Notes: generated by a model not told the origin, from the letters alone. A DNA stretch of 64,000 nt from Brevibacterium luteolum (GCF_013004595.1 NZ_JABEMC010000001.1:682001-746000); one strand, 5' to 3'; shown: positions 21,252 through 31,813, counted from the first letter of the stretch. Made by a program: numbers and translations.

Positions 21252-21847
21252 GCCGCACCGTCATCGTCACCCCGTTCGGCCGTGCCGAACAGCTTGCCGC
21301 CGCATGCACCCTGTCCGACATCCGCTGTGATGTCGTGCCGGTCGGCAGCTTCTCAGCCATCGTGCTCGACGACACGAGCATCGCTGAGGGCAATGACGTG
21401 GCTGCGACGATCTCGAAGCTCTCCGGCAAGCACGAAGTCCTCATGCTCGCCCGCAACGACGAGCAGATCGATGCCGGGCACTTCCGCAGCGGCAGCCGCG
21501 AAGCCGACGTGCCGGCAGGACTGGCGCTGACGAACCTTCCAGCCGAGGTCGAGAAGCTGCTGTTGGAGACCATCGCACCGCGCGACATCGACGGCCATCT
21601 CGACACCTCGAAGATGTCCAAGCTCGAAGCCAGCAAAGCCACGATGACCCCGGCCCGTGAGGCGCTCGCCCGCACCGCGCTGCTGTGGATGGTGGTCGCC
21701 TTCCTCGCCCTCGTCGGCATCGTCGCCAGCTTCATCGGCGTCTTCAACGGCAGCATGGTCGCCTGGGCCGGCGTCGTCATCGCCGCCATCGCCCTGGGAG
21801 TCTCCATCCAGCGCATCAGCAGAGTGCTCGGAGCCGCACGCGCATGA
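21248..21847 (+). CDS. Hypothetical protein with two C-terminal TM helices
   Basis: Translationally coupled on both sides (GTGA with hisB, ATGA with hisH). Normal codon bias. Confidence 0.8.
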   Translation: MSRTVIVTPFGRAEQLAAACTLSDIRCDVVPVGSFSAIVLDDTSIAEGNDVAATISKLSGKHEVLMLARNDEQIDAGHFRSGSREADVPAGLALTNLPAEVEKLLLETIAPRDIDGHLDTSKMSKLEASKATMTPAREALARTALLWMVVAFLALVGIVASFIGVFNGSMVAWAGVVIAAIALGVSIQRISRVLGAARA

Positions 21848-22467
21848 GCGCCGACATCGTCGTCCTCGACTACGGCGCAGGCAACGTCCATTCCGCCCTG
21901 CGCGCCGTCGAACGCGCTGGAGCCACCGCGCAGCTCACCGACGACCTCGACCGTGCCGCGACCGCGGACGGGTTGCTCGTCCCCGGCGTCGGCGCCTTCG
22001 CCGCCGTCATGGACGCACTCGAATCCGCCGGTGCCGTCGAGGTCATCCGCACCCGGCACCGCGAACAGCGCCCGATGCTCGGGATCTGCGTCGGCATGCA
22101 GGTGCTCTACACCTCGGGTACCGAACACGGTCTCACCACTGCAGGCATCGGGCTGTGGGAGGGCAACGTCACCCGCCTCGATGCCCCCGTGCTGCCGCAC
22201 ATGGGCTGGAACACGGTCGCTGCGGCCCCAGGCAGCCAGATGTTCGCCGGCATCGCCGGCGAACGGTTCTACTTCGTCCACACCTACGCAGCCACCGAAG
22301 CCTCGGCCGAAGCCGCCGTCGCCACGTGCACGCTTGACAGCCCGTTCATCGCCGCCGTCGAAGACGGCACCACCTGGGCCACACAGTTCCACCCCGAGAA
22401 GTCCGGTCACGCAGGCACGACCCTGTTGGCCAACTGGATTCAGGCGCTGAGCGCAGCGCAGAAATGA
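21844..22467 (+). CDS. hisH: Imidazole glycerol phosphate synthase glutaminase subunit
   Basis: [28 protein letters not shown] and QFHPEKS. Confidence 0.96.
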   Translation: MSADIVVLDYGAGNVHSALRAVERAGATAQLTDDLDRAATADGLLVPGVGAFAAVMDALESAGAVEVIRTRHREQRPMLGICVGMQVLYTSGTEHGLTTAGIGLWEGNVTRLDAPVLPHMGWNTVAAAPGSQMFAGIAGERFYFVHTYAATEASAEAAVATCTLDSPFIAAVEDGTTWATQFHPEKSGHAGTTLLANWIQALSAAQK

Positions 22468-22478
22468 AAGAAGAGGAC

Positions 22479-23222
22479 ATGTCACAGCTCGCAAGTGAAC
22501 CCGCCCTGACACTGCTGCCGGCAGTCGACGTCTCCAACGGCACCGCCGTGCGCCTGGTCAAGGGAGAAGCCGGCACCGAAACCGACTACGGCAACCCCGT
22601 CGAAGTCGCCCAGCAGTTCGAGGACGGCGGAGCCGAATGGATCCACCTCGTCGATCTCGATGCCGCGTTCGGCCGCGGCACCAACTACCCGCTGCTCAAG
22701 CAGGTGACGAAGGCCGTCTCGATCAAGGTTGAGCTCTCCGGCGGCATCCGCGACACCGAAACGCTCGAGCGTGCCCTCGACACCGGCGCCGAACGCGTCA
22801 ACATCGGCACCGCAGCGCTGGAGAACCCCAGCTGGACGGCCGAGGTCATCGCCGCCTACGGCGACCGGATCGCCATCGGCCTCGACGTGCGCGGCACGAC
22901 CCTGGCCGCCCGCGGCTGGACCAAGGAGGGCGGCGACCTCTACGAGATCCTCGCCCAGCTCGAGGAAGCCGGCTGCAGCCGCTACGTCGTCACCGACGTC
23001 AACAAGGACGGAACACTGCAGGGACCGAACACCGAACTGCTGCGCGACATCGCCTCGCGCACCGACAAGCCGATCGTCGCCTCCGGAGGCGTCTCCAGCC
23101 TCGATGACCTGCGCGCCATCCGCGAACTCGTGCCCCTCGGCGTGGACTCAGCCATCGTCGGCAAGGCCCTCTACGCCGGCAAGTTCACCCTCCAGGAAGC
23201 TCTCGAAGTCGCAGGACGCTGA
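22479..23222 (+). CDS. priA: Phosphoribosyl isomerase HisA/PriA
   Basis: [36 protein letters not shown] and [10 protein letters not shown]. Confidence 0.93.
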   Translation: MSQLASEPALTLLPAVDVSNGTAVRLVKGEAGTETDYGNPVEVAQQFEDGGAEWIHLVDLDAAFGRGTNYPLLKQVTKAVSIKVELSGGIRDTETLERALDTGAERVNIGTAALENPSWTAEVIAAYGDRIAIGLDVRGTTLAARGWTKEGGDLYEILAQLEEAGCSRYVVTDVNKDGTLQGPNTELLRDIASRTDKPIVASGGVSSLDDLRAIRELVPLGVDSAIVGKALYAGKFTLQEALEVAGR

Positions 23223-24034
23223 TGACCGATCCGCAGCCGGGCAGCCGTCCGCTGCCACCGCACATCGCAGCAGGCGGCGCCGACTCAGCAGGCATCCCAT
23301 GGGAGGGCCGCGACCTCAAGCCCAATCCCTTCTCCGGTGACACAGGAGAAGCCGATGAGGGCCTGCTGAGCGCGCTCCAGGCGGTGGCAGCCGCGCCCTT
23401 GGACCCGCAGCGCCACCGCGATGTCCTCGCGGCGCTTGCACAGGTGCGCATCTACGCACCCGTCGTGCCGGCAGCTGTCGAGCACACTGTCGACGAGCGC
23501 GGGCTCGTCCACGACAACAAGTCGGAGATGGCGATGGTGCGCCTGGCTGCCGAAGACGGCCGGGAGTGCACCCCGGCATTCACCGACATCCCCACCCTGA
23601 CCCGGTGGGCCGATGAGGCCCGCCCAGTGCCGATCGAAAGCGAACGGCTGTGTGTCGCCGCGATCGAAGAGGACTCCCAGCTCGTGGTCATCGACCCCGG
23701 CAGCCCGCACGCCTTCCTGCTGCGCCGCACCGCCCTGTGGTCCTTCGTCCAAGGACACAACTGGCATCCGGCGTGGGCCGATCAGCGAGTGGCCAAAGCC
23801 GCAGGAGCGGCAGCCGCCGGCAGCGACTTCATCTCGGCTATCGGCGTGCAGCCCGGCAGCGGCAGCGTCCATGTCTCCGGCCCGGAGATCCGGCTCGTCC
23901 TCAAAGTCAGCCGACGACCCGAGCAGGCGGAGCTGGCGGCCTTCCAGCAGAAGCTGAGCGCACACGAGGAGTTCGTCAGCCTCGTCGACTCGCTGGCGAT
24001 CACACTCACCGAAGCCGAACCCAGCCGGAACTGA
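23222..24034 (+). CDS. SseB-family protein
   Basis: DSAGIPWEGR, KSEMAMV, PAFTD and WADEARPVP. Usual position after priA. Confidence 0.8.
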   Translation: MTDPQPGSRPLPPHIAAGGADSAGIPWEGRDLKPNPFSGDTGEADEGLLSALQAVAAAPLDPQRHRDVLAALAQVRIYAPVVPAAVEHTVDERGLVHDNKSEMAMVRLAAEDGRECTPAFTDIPTLTRWADEARPVPIESERLCVAAIEEDSQLVVIDPGSPHAFLLRRTALWSFVQGHNWHPAWADQRVAKAAGAAAAGSDFISAIGVQPGSGSVHVSGPEIRLVLKVSRRPEQAELAAFQQKLSAHEEFVSLVDSLAITLTEAEPSRN

Positions 24035-24108
24035 GCCGACCGGCACACAAGCGCACACACCCAGCAGCCTATAGGCTGGGACGGATCATCAGACGGGGGA
24101 GAAGAATC

Positions 24109-24741
24109 GTGAGCCGATCATTCACCATCGGTATTGCCGGCGGCACCGGCAGCGGAAAGACGACGCTGACACGCGCGCTCATCGAGCGCTTCGCCGGACA
24201 GACCTCCGTGATCTATCACGACAACTACTACAAGCAGCATGACGGGCTCAGCTATGACGAGCGGGCCGCGCTGAACTTCGACTCTCCCGACGCGTTCGAC
24301 ACCGCCCTCATGATCGAGCAGCTGCGCACTCTCATCAGCGGGCAGGCCGTCGACTGCCCTGTCTACGACTTCGCCGACCACAACCGCTCGTCAGAGACCA
24401 TCCGCATCGAACCGGCACCGGTCCTCATCGTCGAAGGCATCCTCATCTTCTCCGAACCGGAGCTGGCTGACCTGCTCGACATCAAGCTGTTCGTCGACAC
24501 CGATGCCGATGTGCGGATCCTGCGCCGGATCAAACGCGATGTCATCGAACGCGGACGCACCCTCGAATCGGTCGAACAGCAGTACCTCAAGACGGTCAAG
24601 CCGATGCACGAGCTCTATGTCGAGCCAGCCAAGCGCCGTGCCGACCTCATCGTGCCCGAAGGCGGGCACAACCTCGTGGCCCTCGACATGCTCATCCGGC
24701 ACATCGACAGCAGCATCGGATCGTCAGCGGCAACCGGCTGA
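24109..24741 (+). CDS. udk: Uridine kinase
   Basis: IGIAGGTGSGKTT, DNYY, NFDSPDAFD, VEGIL and RRIKRDVIERGR. GTG start at 24109. Confidence 0.95.
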   Translation: MSRSFTIGIAGGTGSGKTTLTRALIERFAGQTSVIYHDNYYKQHDGLSYDERAALNFDSPDAFDTALMIEQLRTLISGQAVDCPVYDFADHNRSSETIRIEPAPVLIVEGILIFSEPELADLLDIKLFVDTDADVRILRRIKRDVIERGRTLESVEQQYLKTVKPMHELYVEPAKRRADLIVPEGGHNLVALDMLIRHIDSSIGSSAATG

Positions 24742-24763
24742 GGCGGTTGCCGGGAGACACGAA

Positions 24764-24804
24764 GCGGGGCCGGTGCCAGGATCTCTCCTGGACACCGGCC
24801 CCGC
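24764..24804. terminator. Long GC-rich hairpin between convergent udk and katA
   Basis: gcggggccggtg-ccagga / tcctgg-a-caccggccccgc inverted repeat. Confidence 0.75.
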
Positions 24805-24847
24805 CGTCATTCACCGCAGGCAGCCAGCCGCCTGCACCGTGAGCCGA

Positions 24848-26371
24848 TCAGCTCGGCTTGTTGATGGTGCCGTCGGTGCCGGCGTTCTCCTTCTGCGCGG
24901 CACGCACGACGTTCTCGACACGAGCACCGAGATCAGCGTCGACGTTCTTCCAGTACTGGAAGGCACGCACGAGGATCTCTTCGCTCACTCCGTTGAGCAG
25001 GTGACCGGAGATGTTGCCGACCATACGGTCGCGCGCGGCATCGTCCATCACCTCGCGCACGAGGGCGCCTGCCTGCGAGAAGTCGTCGTCATCCTCGCGC
25101 AGCGTCGGGGCCGAGCGCATCACGTCGCCATCGACATCGAGAAGGTTGTTCTCGGTGGTGCGGGAGGCGTCGGCGTGCGGGCCGCCGTAGGAGTTCGGCG
25201 CGTAGACCGGCTGGTCCTTCGGGTAGTTCTCGTAGGACATGCTGCCGTCCTTCGAGTAGCTGTGCTTGACAGCGGCCTTCGGACGGTTGACCGGCAGCTG
25301 TGCGTAGTTCGCACCGATGCGGTAGCGGTGGATATCGGCGTAGGCGAAGATGCGTCCCATGAGCATCTTGTCCGGGCTCAGGCCGGTACCGGGAACCAGG
25401 TTCGACGGTGCGAAGGCAGCCTGCTCGATCTCGGAGAAGAAGTCCTCCGGGTTGCGGTTGAGCTCCATCACGCCGACCTCGGTCAGCGGGTAGTCCTCAT
25501 GCGGCCAGATCTTCGTGACGTCGAACGGGTTGAAGCGGTAGGTCTTCGCATCCTCGTACGGCATGATCTGGACCATCAGACGCCACGACGGGAAGTTGCC
25601 GGCCTTGATGGCCTCGAACAGGTCGCGACGGTGGAAGTCGGCGTCGATGCCGGCCATCTCATCAGCCTCTTCGGCCGAGAAGCCCTCGTGACCGTACTTC
25701 TCGATGAACTCGTCCTTCTGGTTGGACTTGAAGTGGTACTTCACCCAGTAGCGCTCGCCTTCGGCGTTGACCCACTGGAAGGTGTGGGAGCCGTAGCCGT
25801 TCTGCTCACGCCACGACCGCGGGATGCCGCGATCGCCCATGAGGTAGGTGACCTGGTGGGCCGAGGCCGGAACCTGGGTCCAGAAGTCCCACTGCATGTT
25901 GTGATCGCGCAGACCCGAATCGCTCATCCGCTTCTGCGAATGGATGAAGTCCGGGAACTGGATGGCATCGCGGATGAAGAAGATCGGGGTGTTGTTGCCC
26001 ACGATGTCGAGGTTGCCCTCGGTGGTGTAGAACTTCACGGCGAAACCACGCGGATCGCGCCAGGTGTCAGGCGAGCCCTGCTCACCGGCGACGGTCGAGA
26101 AGCGGGTGAGCACCTCGGTCTCGGTGCCCGGCTGGAACACAGCAGCGCGGGTGTACTTCGAGACGTCGTTGGTCACGGTGAACTTACCGAAGGCACCGCC
26201 GCCCTTAGCGTGCACCACGCGTTCCGGGACGCGCTCGCGGTTGAAATGGGCGAGCTTCTCGATGAGGTAGTGATCCTGCAGCAGGATCGGGCCGTTCGGA
26301 CCGACGGTCAGCGAGTGCTCATCGCTGCCGACCGGGATGCCGAAGTCATTGGTCGTGAATTTCTCAGTCAC
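24848..26371 (-). CDS. katA: Monofunctional haem catalase
   Basis: [36 protein letters not shown] and [11 protein letters not shown] start with a GGAGGA RBS. Confidence 0.97.
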   Translation of the reverse strand: MTEKFTTNDFGIPVGSDEHSLTVGPNGPILLQDHYLIEKLAHFNRERVPERVVHAKGGGAFGKFTVTNDVSKYTRAAVFQPGTETEVLTRFSTVAGEQGSPDTWRDPRGFAVKFYTTEGNLDIVGNNTPIFFIRDAIQFPDFIHSQKRMSDSGLRDHNMQWDFWTQVPASAHQVTYLMGDRGIPRSWREQNGYGSHTFQWVNAEGERYWVKYHFKSNQKDEFIEKYGHEGFSAEEADEMAGIDADFHRRDLFEAIKAGNFPSWRLMVQIMPYEDAKTYRFNPFDVTKIWPHEDYPLTEVGVMELNRNPEDFFSEIEQAAFAPSNLVPGTGLSPDKMLMGRIFAYADIHRYRIGANYAQLPVNRPKAAVKHSYSKDGSMSYENYPKDQPVYAPNSYGGPHADASRTTENNLLDVDGDVMRSAPTLREDDDDFSQAGALVREVMDDAARDRMVGNISGHLLNGVSEEILVRAFQYWKNVDADLGARVENVVRAAQKENAGTDGTINKPS

Positions 26372-26447
26372 ACGTCCTCCTGAAGTGAAGTGCCTGGCGC
26401 GTGTGCACGCCGACGCACATGGGGTTGCGGTGGAGTGGTTGCTTGTT

Positions 26448-26927
26448 CTAGCCAGCCGACTGCTCGACGGACGCCGTCGCTGCGGGCTGATCAGCTCCTG
26501 CAGCAGCGGCCTGGCACCGATCGCACAGCCCCCAGTAGACAACTTCGGCCAGCTCCACAGAGAAGCCGAAGTGCTCAGCAGGGTGCATGCACGGCACACC
26601 TTCGGTCCGGCACGGCACATCCTGGATGTGATGGCACGACCGGCACACGAGGTGATGGTGATTGTCGTGACGCTGCAGCTCATAGCGGGCAGCGACCGAC
26701 CCAGCAGGATCGATGCAGCGCACCAGATCGGCGCGCTCGAAAGCTGAGAGCACGTCGTAAACGGTCTGGTGGGAGACCTTTCCGATGCGCGCCCGGGTGT
26801 TCGTCGTGATCTGTTCGACGTCAGGATGATCAGTCCGTTCGGCGAGCACTTCGAAGACCGCCTGGCGCGGTGCGGTCACCCGCAGGCCAGCCGCCCGGAT
26901 CGTCTCAGCAGGTGTCGGTGAAGACAT
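26448..26927 (-). CDS. furA: Fur-family peroxide-responsive regulator (FurA/CatR-like)
   Basis: [24 protein letters not shown] and WGLCDRC. Directly upstream of the catalase. Confidence 0.88.
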   Translation of the reverse strand: MSSPTPAETIRAAGLRVTAPRQAVFEVLAERTDHPDVEQITTNTRARIGKVSHQTVYDVLSAFERADLVRCIDPAGSVAARYELQRHDNHHHLVCRSCHHIQDVPCRTEGVPCMHPAEHFGFSVELAEVVYWGLCDRCQAAAAGADQPAATASVEQSAG

Positions 26928-26933
26928 GCCCTC

Positions 26934-26963
26934 AGTCTAACAGTAATTTGGAATGACTCAAGA
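26934..26963 (-). promoter_or_regulatory. Leaderless furA promoter with putative FurA operator
   Basis: Minus strand reads TTGAGT-N16-TAGACT-N6-ATG. TCTTGAGTCATTCCAAA (26963-26947) overlaps the -35 and resembles the mycobacterial FurA box. Confidence 0.65.
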
Positions 26964-27161
26964 AATGGTTCGCTGAACTCCGCATGTTGCAGTCATGAAA
27001 TCCCCCTGGTCGCCCGGGTTCCTCTCACGGTGTGAGATACGCCGGGTGGTTTTGGCCGGCAGGCCCGGAATGTGCCGCCTCGGGCATGTCTTCGCAGATG
27101 ATCTCGTTTAGTGTGTCTGGGGACACATCCGCGACGCACATGCTCACCCCCAGGAGTCCCC

Positions 27162-28742
27162 ATGTCGACATCCGCCCAGGCGCCAGAGAAGCCGGGCATC
27201 GGCCAGCGCTTCCTCGACACCGTCGAGCGCATCGGCAACAAGCTGCCTGAACCCTTCACCCTGTTTCTCGGCCTCTTCGTCATCACCGGCATCATCTCGA
27301 CCTTCATGGCGCTCTCCGGCGTCAAGGTCTCCCTGCCCGGCAGCGACGAGGAAGTCGTCATCAAGGGCCTGTTCACCGGTGAGGGCATGGCGTGGTTCAC
27401 CGCCAACATCGGCGCCAACTACGTCGGCTTCCCGCCGCTGGCCACCGTGCTGCCCCTGCTGCTGGCCGTCGGCGTGGCCGAGAAGACCGGCATGCTCGCC
27501 GCGCTCGTGCGCATTACCTTCGGCTCCGCCCCGCGCTGGATGCTGCCCTACGCAGTCGCCTTCGTCGGCGTGAGCTTCTCCGTCATGGGCGACTCAGCCT
27601 TCATCATCATCCCCCCGCTGGCCGCCCTCGTCTTCAAAGCCGCCGGCCGTCACCCGGTCGCCGGCCTGCTCGGCGGCTTCGCCGCCACCGGCGCCGGCTA
27701 CTCGACCTCCATCTTCCCGACCTCACTCGACGCGCTGTTCGCCGGCATCACCACCGCGGTGATGGAATCCCTGCCCGGCCAGGACTACGCGGCAGTCAAC
27801 CCGGTCTCGAACTACTTCTTCAACGTCTGCTCGGCCATCGTGCTCTCGCTCATCGCTGGCTTCATCATCGACAAGATCCTCGAACCCCAGCTCGAGCGCA
27901 CCAAGACCCCGCGAGAGGAGACCGAGATCGACGAGGACGGCAGCGTCCACTCCCGCGACGACGAGCTCTCGCCCTACCTCGACGCCGGCGAGAAGAAGGC
28001 GCTCATCGCCTCCGGCATCGCCACCGTGCTGCTGGCAGCCCTGCTGCTCTTCGCCTTCCTCATTCCGAACTCGCCGTGGCGCAATGAGGAAGGCGGCTTC
28101 CTGCCGACCTCACCGCTGCTCGACTCGATCGTGTTCATCGTGTTCATCGTCTTCTTCACCAACGGCGTCGTCTACGGCATCGTGTCGAAGGCGATCACGA
28201 AGATGAACGACATCGTCACGATGATGGGCCAGGCGCTTAAGGACATGATGTCCTTCCTCGTGCTGGCGTTCATCCTCGGGCAGTTCATCGCCCTGTTCAA
28301 CTGGACCGGCATCGGCTCCTGGACCGCCGTCAAGGGCGCTGCGGCACTCGAGGCGATGGAGCTGACCGGCTTCGTGGCGATCATCGGCTTCGTCGCGCTC
28401 GCCTCCTGCCTCAACCTGCTCATCATCTCCGGGTCCTCGCTGTGGACGCTCATGGCCGCCGTCTTCGTCCCGATGTTCGCCCTCATCGGCTACGAACCGG
28501 CCTTCACCCAGGCGGCCTTCCGCGTCGGCGACTCCGCCACCCAGATCATCACCCCGCTCAACCCGTACATGATCGTGCTGCTGGGACTCATGCGCCGCTA
28601 CCAGCCCGACGCCGGCATCGGCACCCTGATGTCGCGCATGCTGCCCTTCGTCATCCCGTTCTGGCTCGCCTGGCTCGGCATGCTCGCCCTGTGGTTCTTC
28701 CTCGACCTGCCGCTGGGGCCGGGCAACCCGATCCAGCTCTGA
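27162..28742 (+). CDS. abgT: AbgT-family transporter
   Basis: ERIGNKLPEP, FPPL, GVAEKTG, GRHPVAGL, RVGDSATQIITPLNPY and LPLGPG. Confidence 0.93.
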   Translation: MSTSAQAPEKPGIGQRFLDTVERIGNKLPEPFTLFLGLFVITGIISTFMALSGVKVSLPGSDEEVVIKGLFTGEGMAWFTANIGANYVGFPPLATVLPLLLAVGVAEKTGMLAALVRITFGSAPRWMLPYAVAFVGVSFSVMGDSAFIIIPPLAALVFKAAGRHPVAGLLGGFAATGAGYSTSIFPTSLDALFAGITTAVMESLPGQDYAAVNPVSNYFFNVCSAIVLSLIAGFIIDKILEPQLERTKTPREETEIDEDGSVHSRDDELSPYLDAGEKKALIASGIATVLLAALLLFAFLIPNSPWRNEEGGFLPTSPLLDSIVFIVFIVFFTNGVVYGIVSKAITKMNDIVTMMGQALKDMMSFLVLAFILGQFIALFNWTGIGSWTAVKGAAALEAMELTGFVAIIGFVALASCLNLLIISGSSLWTLMAAVFVPMFALIGYEPAFTQAAFRVGDSATQIITPLNPYMIVLLGLMRRYQPDAGIGTLMSRMLPFVIPFWLAWLGMLALWFFLDLPLGPGNPIQL

Positions 28743-28874
28743 TCCCCGCTGCCGAGGCGGAGGTGCCGGTGACGTCGCCGCCGCACCATGGCCTCGGTAG
28801 CCTGGGAAGACACGCGCCTGCCCGACCCGCTGCCGCCGGCGATCCCGGTGGCACGAAGAGGAGAAGCACAGCCC

Positions 28875-30227
28875 ATGTCCGACCCGCACCCCGCACCCGG
28901 CAGTCAGCCGACGGTCCCCGACCCCACCTACCTCAACCTGCTCAAGGCCGAGATGGCCGCTCGCGCCGCTGCCGCCGACCCGCCGGGCAGCGCCTTCACC
29001 GGCGCCCCGGCCGAGGCGACGGCTGATGTGCGTGCGGCCGTCGACGCGCTCGCTCCGCAGCTGCTGAGCCTCGCAGGTGACATCTACGGCTATGCCGAGC
29101 TCGCCTTTGAGGAGCACCGCTCCGCTGGCCGCATCGCCGCCCAGATCAAGGCCGCCGGCATCGAGGTCGAGCGCGGCGCCTACGGCCTCGACACCGCCCT
29201 GTGCGCCCGCTTCGGGCCGAGCGGCCGGCGCACGATCGGCATCTGCGCCGAATACGATGCCCTGCCCGATATCGGCCACGCCTGCGGGCACAACGTCATC
29301 GCCGCCACCGGTGTCGGTGCGTTCCTCGCCATCGCGCGCGCCTATGCCGGGCGTGAGGACGAGCTTCCCGGCCAGGTCGTGCTGCTCGGCACCCCGGCCG
29401 AGGAGGGGCATACCGGCAAGGAGTACATGGCCCAGGCGGGGGCCTTCGAGGACCTCGATGCCGCGATCATGCTGCATCCGGCCGGATACGACGCCGCTGA
29501 CGTGCTGTGGATCGGCCGGCGCCTCCTCGACGTCGAGTTCACCGGTGTCGCCGCCCACGCCTCCGCCCAGCCCTTCATGGGCCGCAATGCCCTTGACGCC
29601 GCCTCGCTGCTGTACCAGGGAATCGGGCTCCTGCGGCAGCAGATGCTGCCCATCGACCGGGTGCACGCCGCGGTCCCCGAGGGAGGGGATCGGCCGTCGA
29701 TCATCACCGAATCGGCGCGTGTGAGCATCTATGTCCGCTCCGCAGAGCCTGAGACCCTGATGGATCTCTCCCAGCGGGTCGAGGACATCGCCCGCGGGGC
29801 GGCGCTCATGACCGGCTGCGGGGTCGAGGTGCGGTGGGACAAGCACCCGCCGAGCATGCCGGTGCGTGCCAATCAGGCGCTCACCGGCCGCTGGTCGATC
29901 CGCCAGCAGGAGCGCGGCCGGGCACCCCTGCCGCGCGGGGTCGTGAGCGACAGCCTGGCGGCGTCGACGGACTTCGGCAATGTCAGCTACCTCGTTCCCG
30001 GCATCCACCCGATGCTGCGGATCGCAGACGCGGAGACCGCTCTGCACACCCGCGGCTTCGCCGAGGCGGCCGCGTCCGAGTCCGCCGAGACCGGGGTCCT
30101 CGACGGCGCCTACGGGCTCGCCGGAGTTGCGCTCGACTTCCTATTCGACGATGCGCTCGCCGAGGCAGTCAGGCAGGAGTTCGAGGACGCCGGGGGAGTG
30201 CTGCGGGTCTCAGAGATGTTCGGCTGA
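28875..30227 (+). CDS. M20 (ACY1L2/AbgB-like) amidohydrolase
   Basis: ELAFEE, EYDALPDIGHACGHN, GTPAEEG, NALDA and STDFGNVS. GAGGAG RBS before the ATG at 28875. Confidence 0.92.
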   Translation: MSDPHPAPGSQPTVPDPTYLNLLKAEMAARAAAADPPGSAFTGAPAEATADVRAAVDALAPQLLSLAGDIYGYAELAFEEHRSAGRIAAQIKAAGIEVERGAYGLDTALCARFGPSGRRTIGICAEYDALPDIGHACGHNVIAATGVGAFLAIARAYAGREDELPGQVVLLGTPAEEGHTGKEYMAQAGAFEDLDAAIMLHPAGYDAADVLWIGRRLLDVEFTGVAAHASAQPFMGRNALDAASLLYQGIGLLRQQMLPIDRVHAAVPEGGDRPSIITESARVSIYVRSAEPETLMDLSQRVEDIARGAALMTGCGVEVRWDKHPPSMPVRANQALTGRWSIRQQERGRAPLPRGVVSDSLAASTDFGNVSYLVPGIHPMLRIADAETALHTRGFAEAAASESAETGVLDGAYGLAGVALDFLFDDALAEAVRQEFEDAGGVLRVSEMFG

Positions 30228-30266
30228 GGCCTCTGGGGGCAACTGGGAACCTCGGGGCCCGCGGTC

Positions 30267-30650
30267 TCAGGAGACCGGGCCGGTGAACTTCTCGCCGGGC
30301 CCCTGGCCGGGAGCATCGGGGATCGCCGAGGCCTCACGGAAGGCCAGCTGCAGGCTGCGCAGCCCGTCGCGCAGCGGGCGGGCGTGGTGGTTGCCGATCT
30401 CCGGGGCGGCAGCGGTGACGAGCCCGGCCAGCGAGGTGATGAGCTTGCGCGCCTCGTCGAGGTCGATGAGGTCGGCGGCCTTCTGCGTCTCGGTGTCCTC
30501 GCTCAGCCCGCACTTGATCGCTGCAGCGCTCATGAGGTGCAGTGCGGCAGAGGATATGATCTCCAGCGCCGGCACCTCGGCGATGTCGCGGGCAGCCTGC
30601 TCATGGGCAGAATCGGGCTGGAACTCAGAATGCGAAGATGCGTCGGTCAT
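30267..30650 (-). CDS. DUF1844-family protein
   Basis: RDIAEVPALEII, HLMSAAAIKCGL, DLDEARKLI and LQLAFREAS. Divergent from infC, as in other actinobacteria. Confidence 0.85.
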   Translation of the reverse strand: MTDASSHSEFQPDSAHEQAARDIAEVPALEIISSAALHLMSAAAIKCGLSEDTETQKAADLIDLDEARKLITSLAGLVTAAAPEIGNHHARPLRDGLRSLQLAFREASAIPDAPGQGPGEKFTGPVS

Positions 30651-30690
30651 GCCCACCAGCTTCCCACACGGGTGCGGGCCGGCCAATATG

Positions 30691-30750
30691 AACCCTCCCA
30701 CAGGCCAGGTGCGTCCGCTGAGCCCTCCCTCAGGCCAGGTGCGTCCGCTC
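30691..30750. repeat. Two 30-bp tandem repeats
   Basis: aaccctcccacaggccaggtgcgtccgctg / agccctccctcaggccaggtgcgtccgctc (27/30 identical). Confidence 0.9.
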
Positions 30751-30884
30751 AGACCACGTCCGCGCGTGGTCAGGCACACCCGCGCGCGTGCGCTTCGCAC
30801 GTTTGCGCGAGTGAATCGGCCGTCTGACATGCTGTATCCACAACCCGATGTGCACTTCGCTGCATCGGGTAGTACACTGAACTT

Positions 30885-31030
30885 CGTGCAAAGTGGAGCT
30901 CAGCTCCCACCTGGATCATCACTGGTGATCGGGTTCGAATGACGGCCGGCACTGCGCTGGCCGATGCGGCGTTGTATCCGCAGTTCGTTCGTCTGGGCTC
31001 CCTTCGCATGCGCTGAAGGGGGCCTTTTCC
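30885..31030 (+). ncRNA. Putative structured leader/attenuator of infC-rpmI-rplT (L20-leader-like)
   Basis: TACACT -10 at 30873-30878, a GGAGCT/AGCTCC hairpin at 30895-30907, and a terminator-like stem ggctcccttc/gaagggggcc plus TTTT at 30996-31028 before the infC RBS. Confidence 0.55.
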
Positions 31031-31075
31031 CGTTCAGCGGTCGTGATCATCATCTGCTGAAGAAGGAGCGAGCAC

Positions 31076-31714
31076 ATCAGCGAGCCGCGTATCAATGATC
31101 GGATTCGGGTCCCCGAGGTCCGTCTCGTCGGACCCAACGGGGAACAGGTCGGAATCGTCGCCATCCGCAAGGCGCTCGACCTCGCCCGCGAAGCCGATCT
31201 CGACCTTGTAGAGGTTGCACCCCAGGCCAAGCCGCCTGTGGTCAAGCTCATGGACTACGGCAAGTTCAAGTACGAATCGGCGCAGAAGGCACGCGAGGCC
31301 CGGAAGAACCAGGCCAACACGGCTCTCAAGGAGATCCGGTTCCGACTGAAGATCGATGAGCACGACTACGAGACCAAGAAGGGCCATGTCTCCCGCTTCC
31401 TCAACGGCGGCGACAAGGTCAAGGTCATGATCATGTTCCGCGGACGTGAGCAGTCCCGCCCCGAGATGGGCATCAAGCTGCTCAACCGGCTGGCTGAGGA
31501 TGTTTCCGATCTCGGCACAGTCGAATCCGCCCCCCGGGTGGACGGCCGCAACATGGTGATGGTCATCGCGCCCGTGCGCTCCAAGGCAGATGCCAAGGCG
31601 GAATCCCGCAAGGCATCCCGCGGAGCCAAGGGCGCCAGCGCCGAGGTGAAGTCCCGCCGCGAGCGCGAAGCACAGGCCAAGGCAGAGAAGCGCGACGCCG
31701 AGGCCGACGCGTAA
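31076..31714 (+). CDS. infC: Translation initiation factor IF-3, non-canonical ATC start
   Basis: AAGGAG RBS then ATC-AGC-GAG-CCG-CGT-ATC-AAT ([19 protein letters not shown]). In frame with the downstream DYGKFKYE...[13 protein letters not shown]. Confidence 0.93.
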   Translation: MSEPRINDRIRVPEVRLVGPNGEQVGIVAIRKALDLAREADLDLVEVAPQAKPPVVKLMDYGKFKYESAQKAREARKNQANTALKEIRFRLKIDEHDYETKKGHVSRFLNGGDKVKVMIMFRGREQSRPEMGIKLLNRLAEDVSDLGTVESAPRVDGRNMVMVIAPVRSKADAKAESRKASRGAKGASAEVKSRREREAQAKAEKRDAEADA

Positions 31715-31813
31715 GTTTGGTGCCTGCCGGCCCCACGGCCGGGAAGCACACCGTGCAGCGCCAGCCCCCACCTCGGGCCCGGCTGCGCTGGAGAACGATA
31801 AGGAGACGGCACT

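Noticed and set aside
26372..26683. N-terminal extension of the catalase ORF overlapping furA
   Set aside because: Catalase homology and a GGAGGA RBS place the start at GTG 26371.
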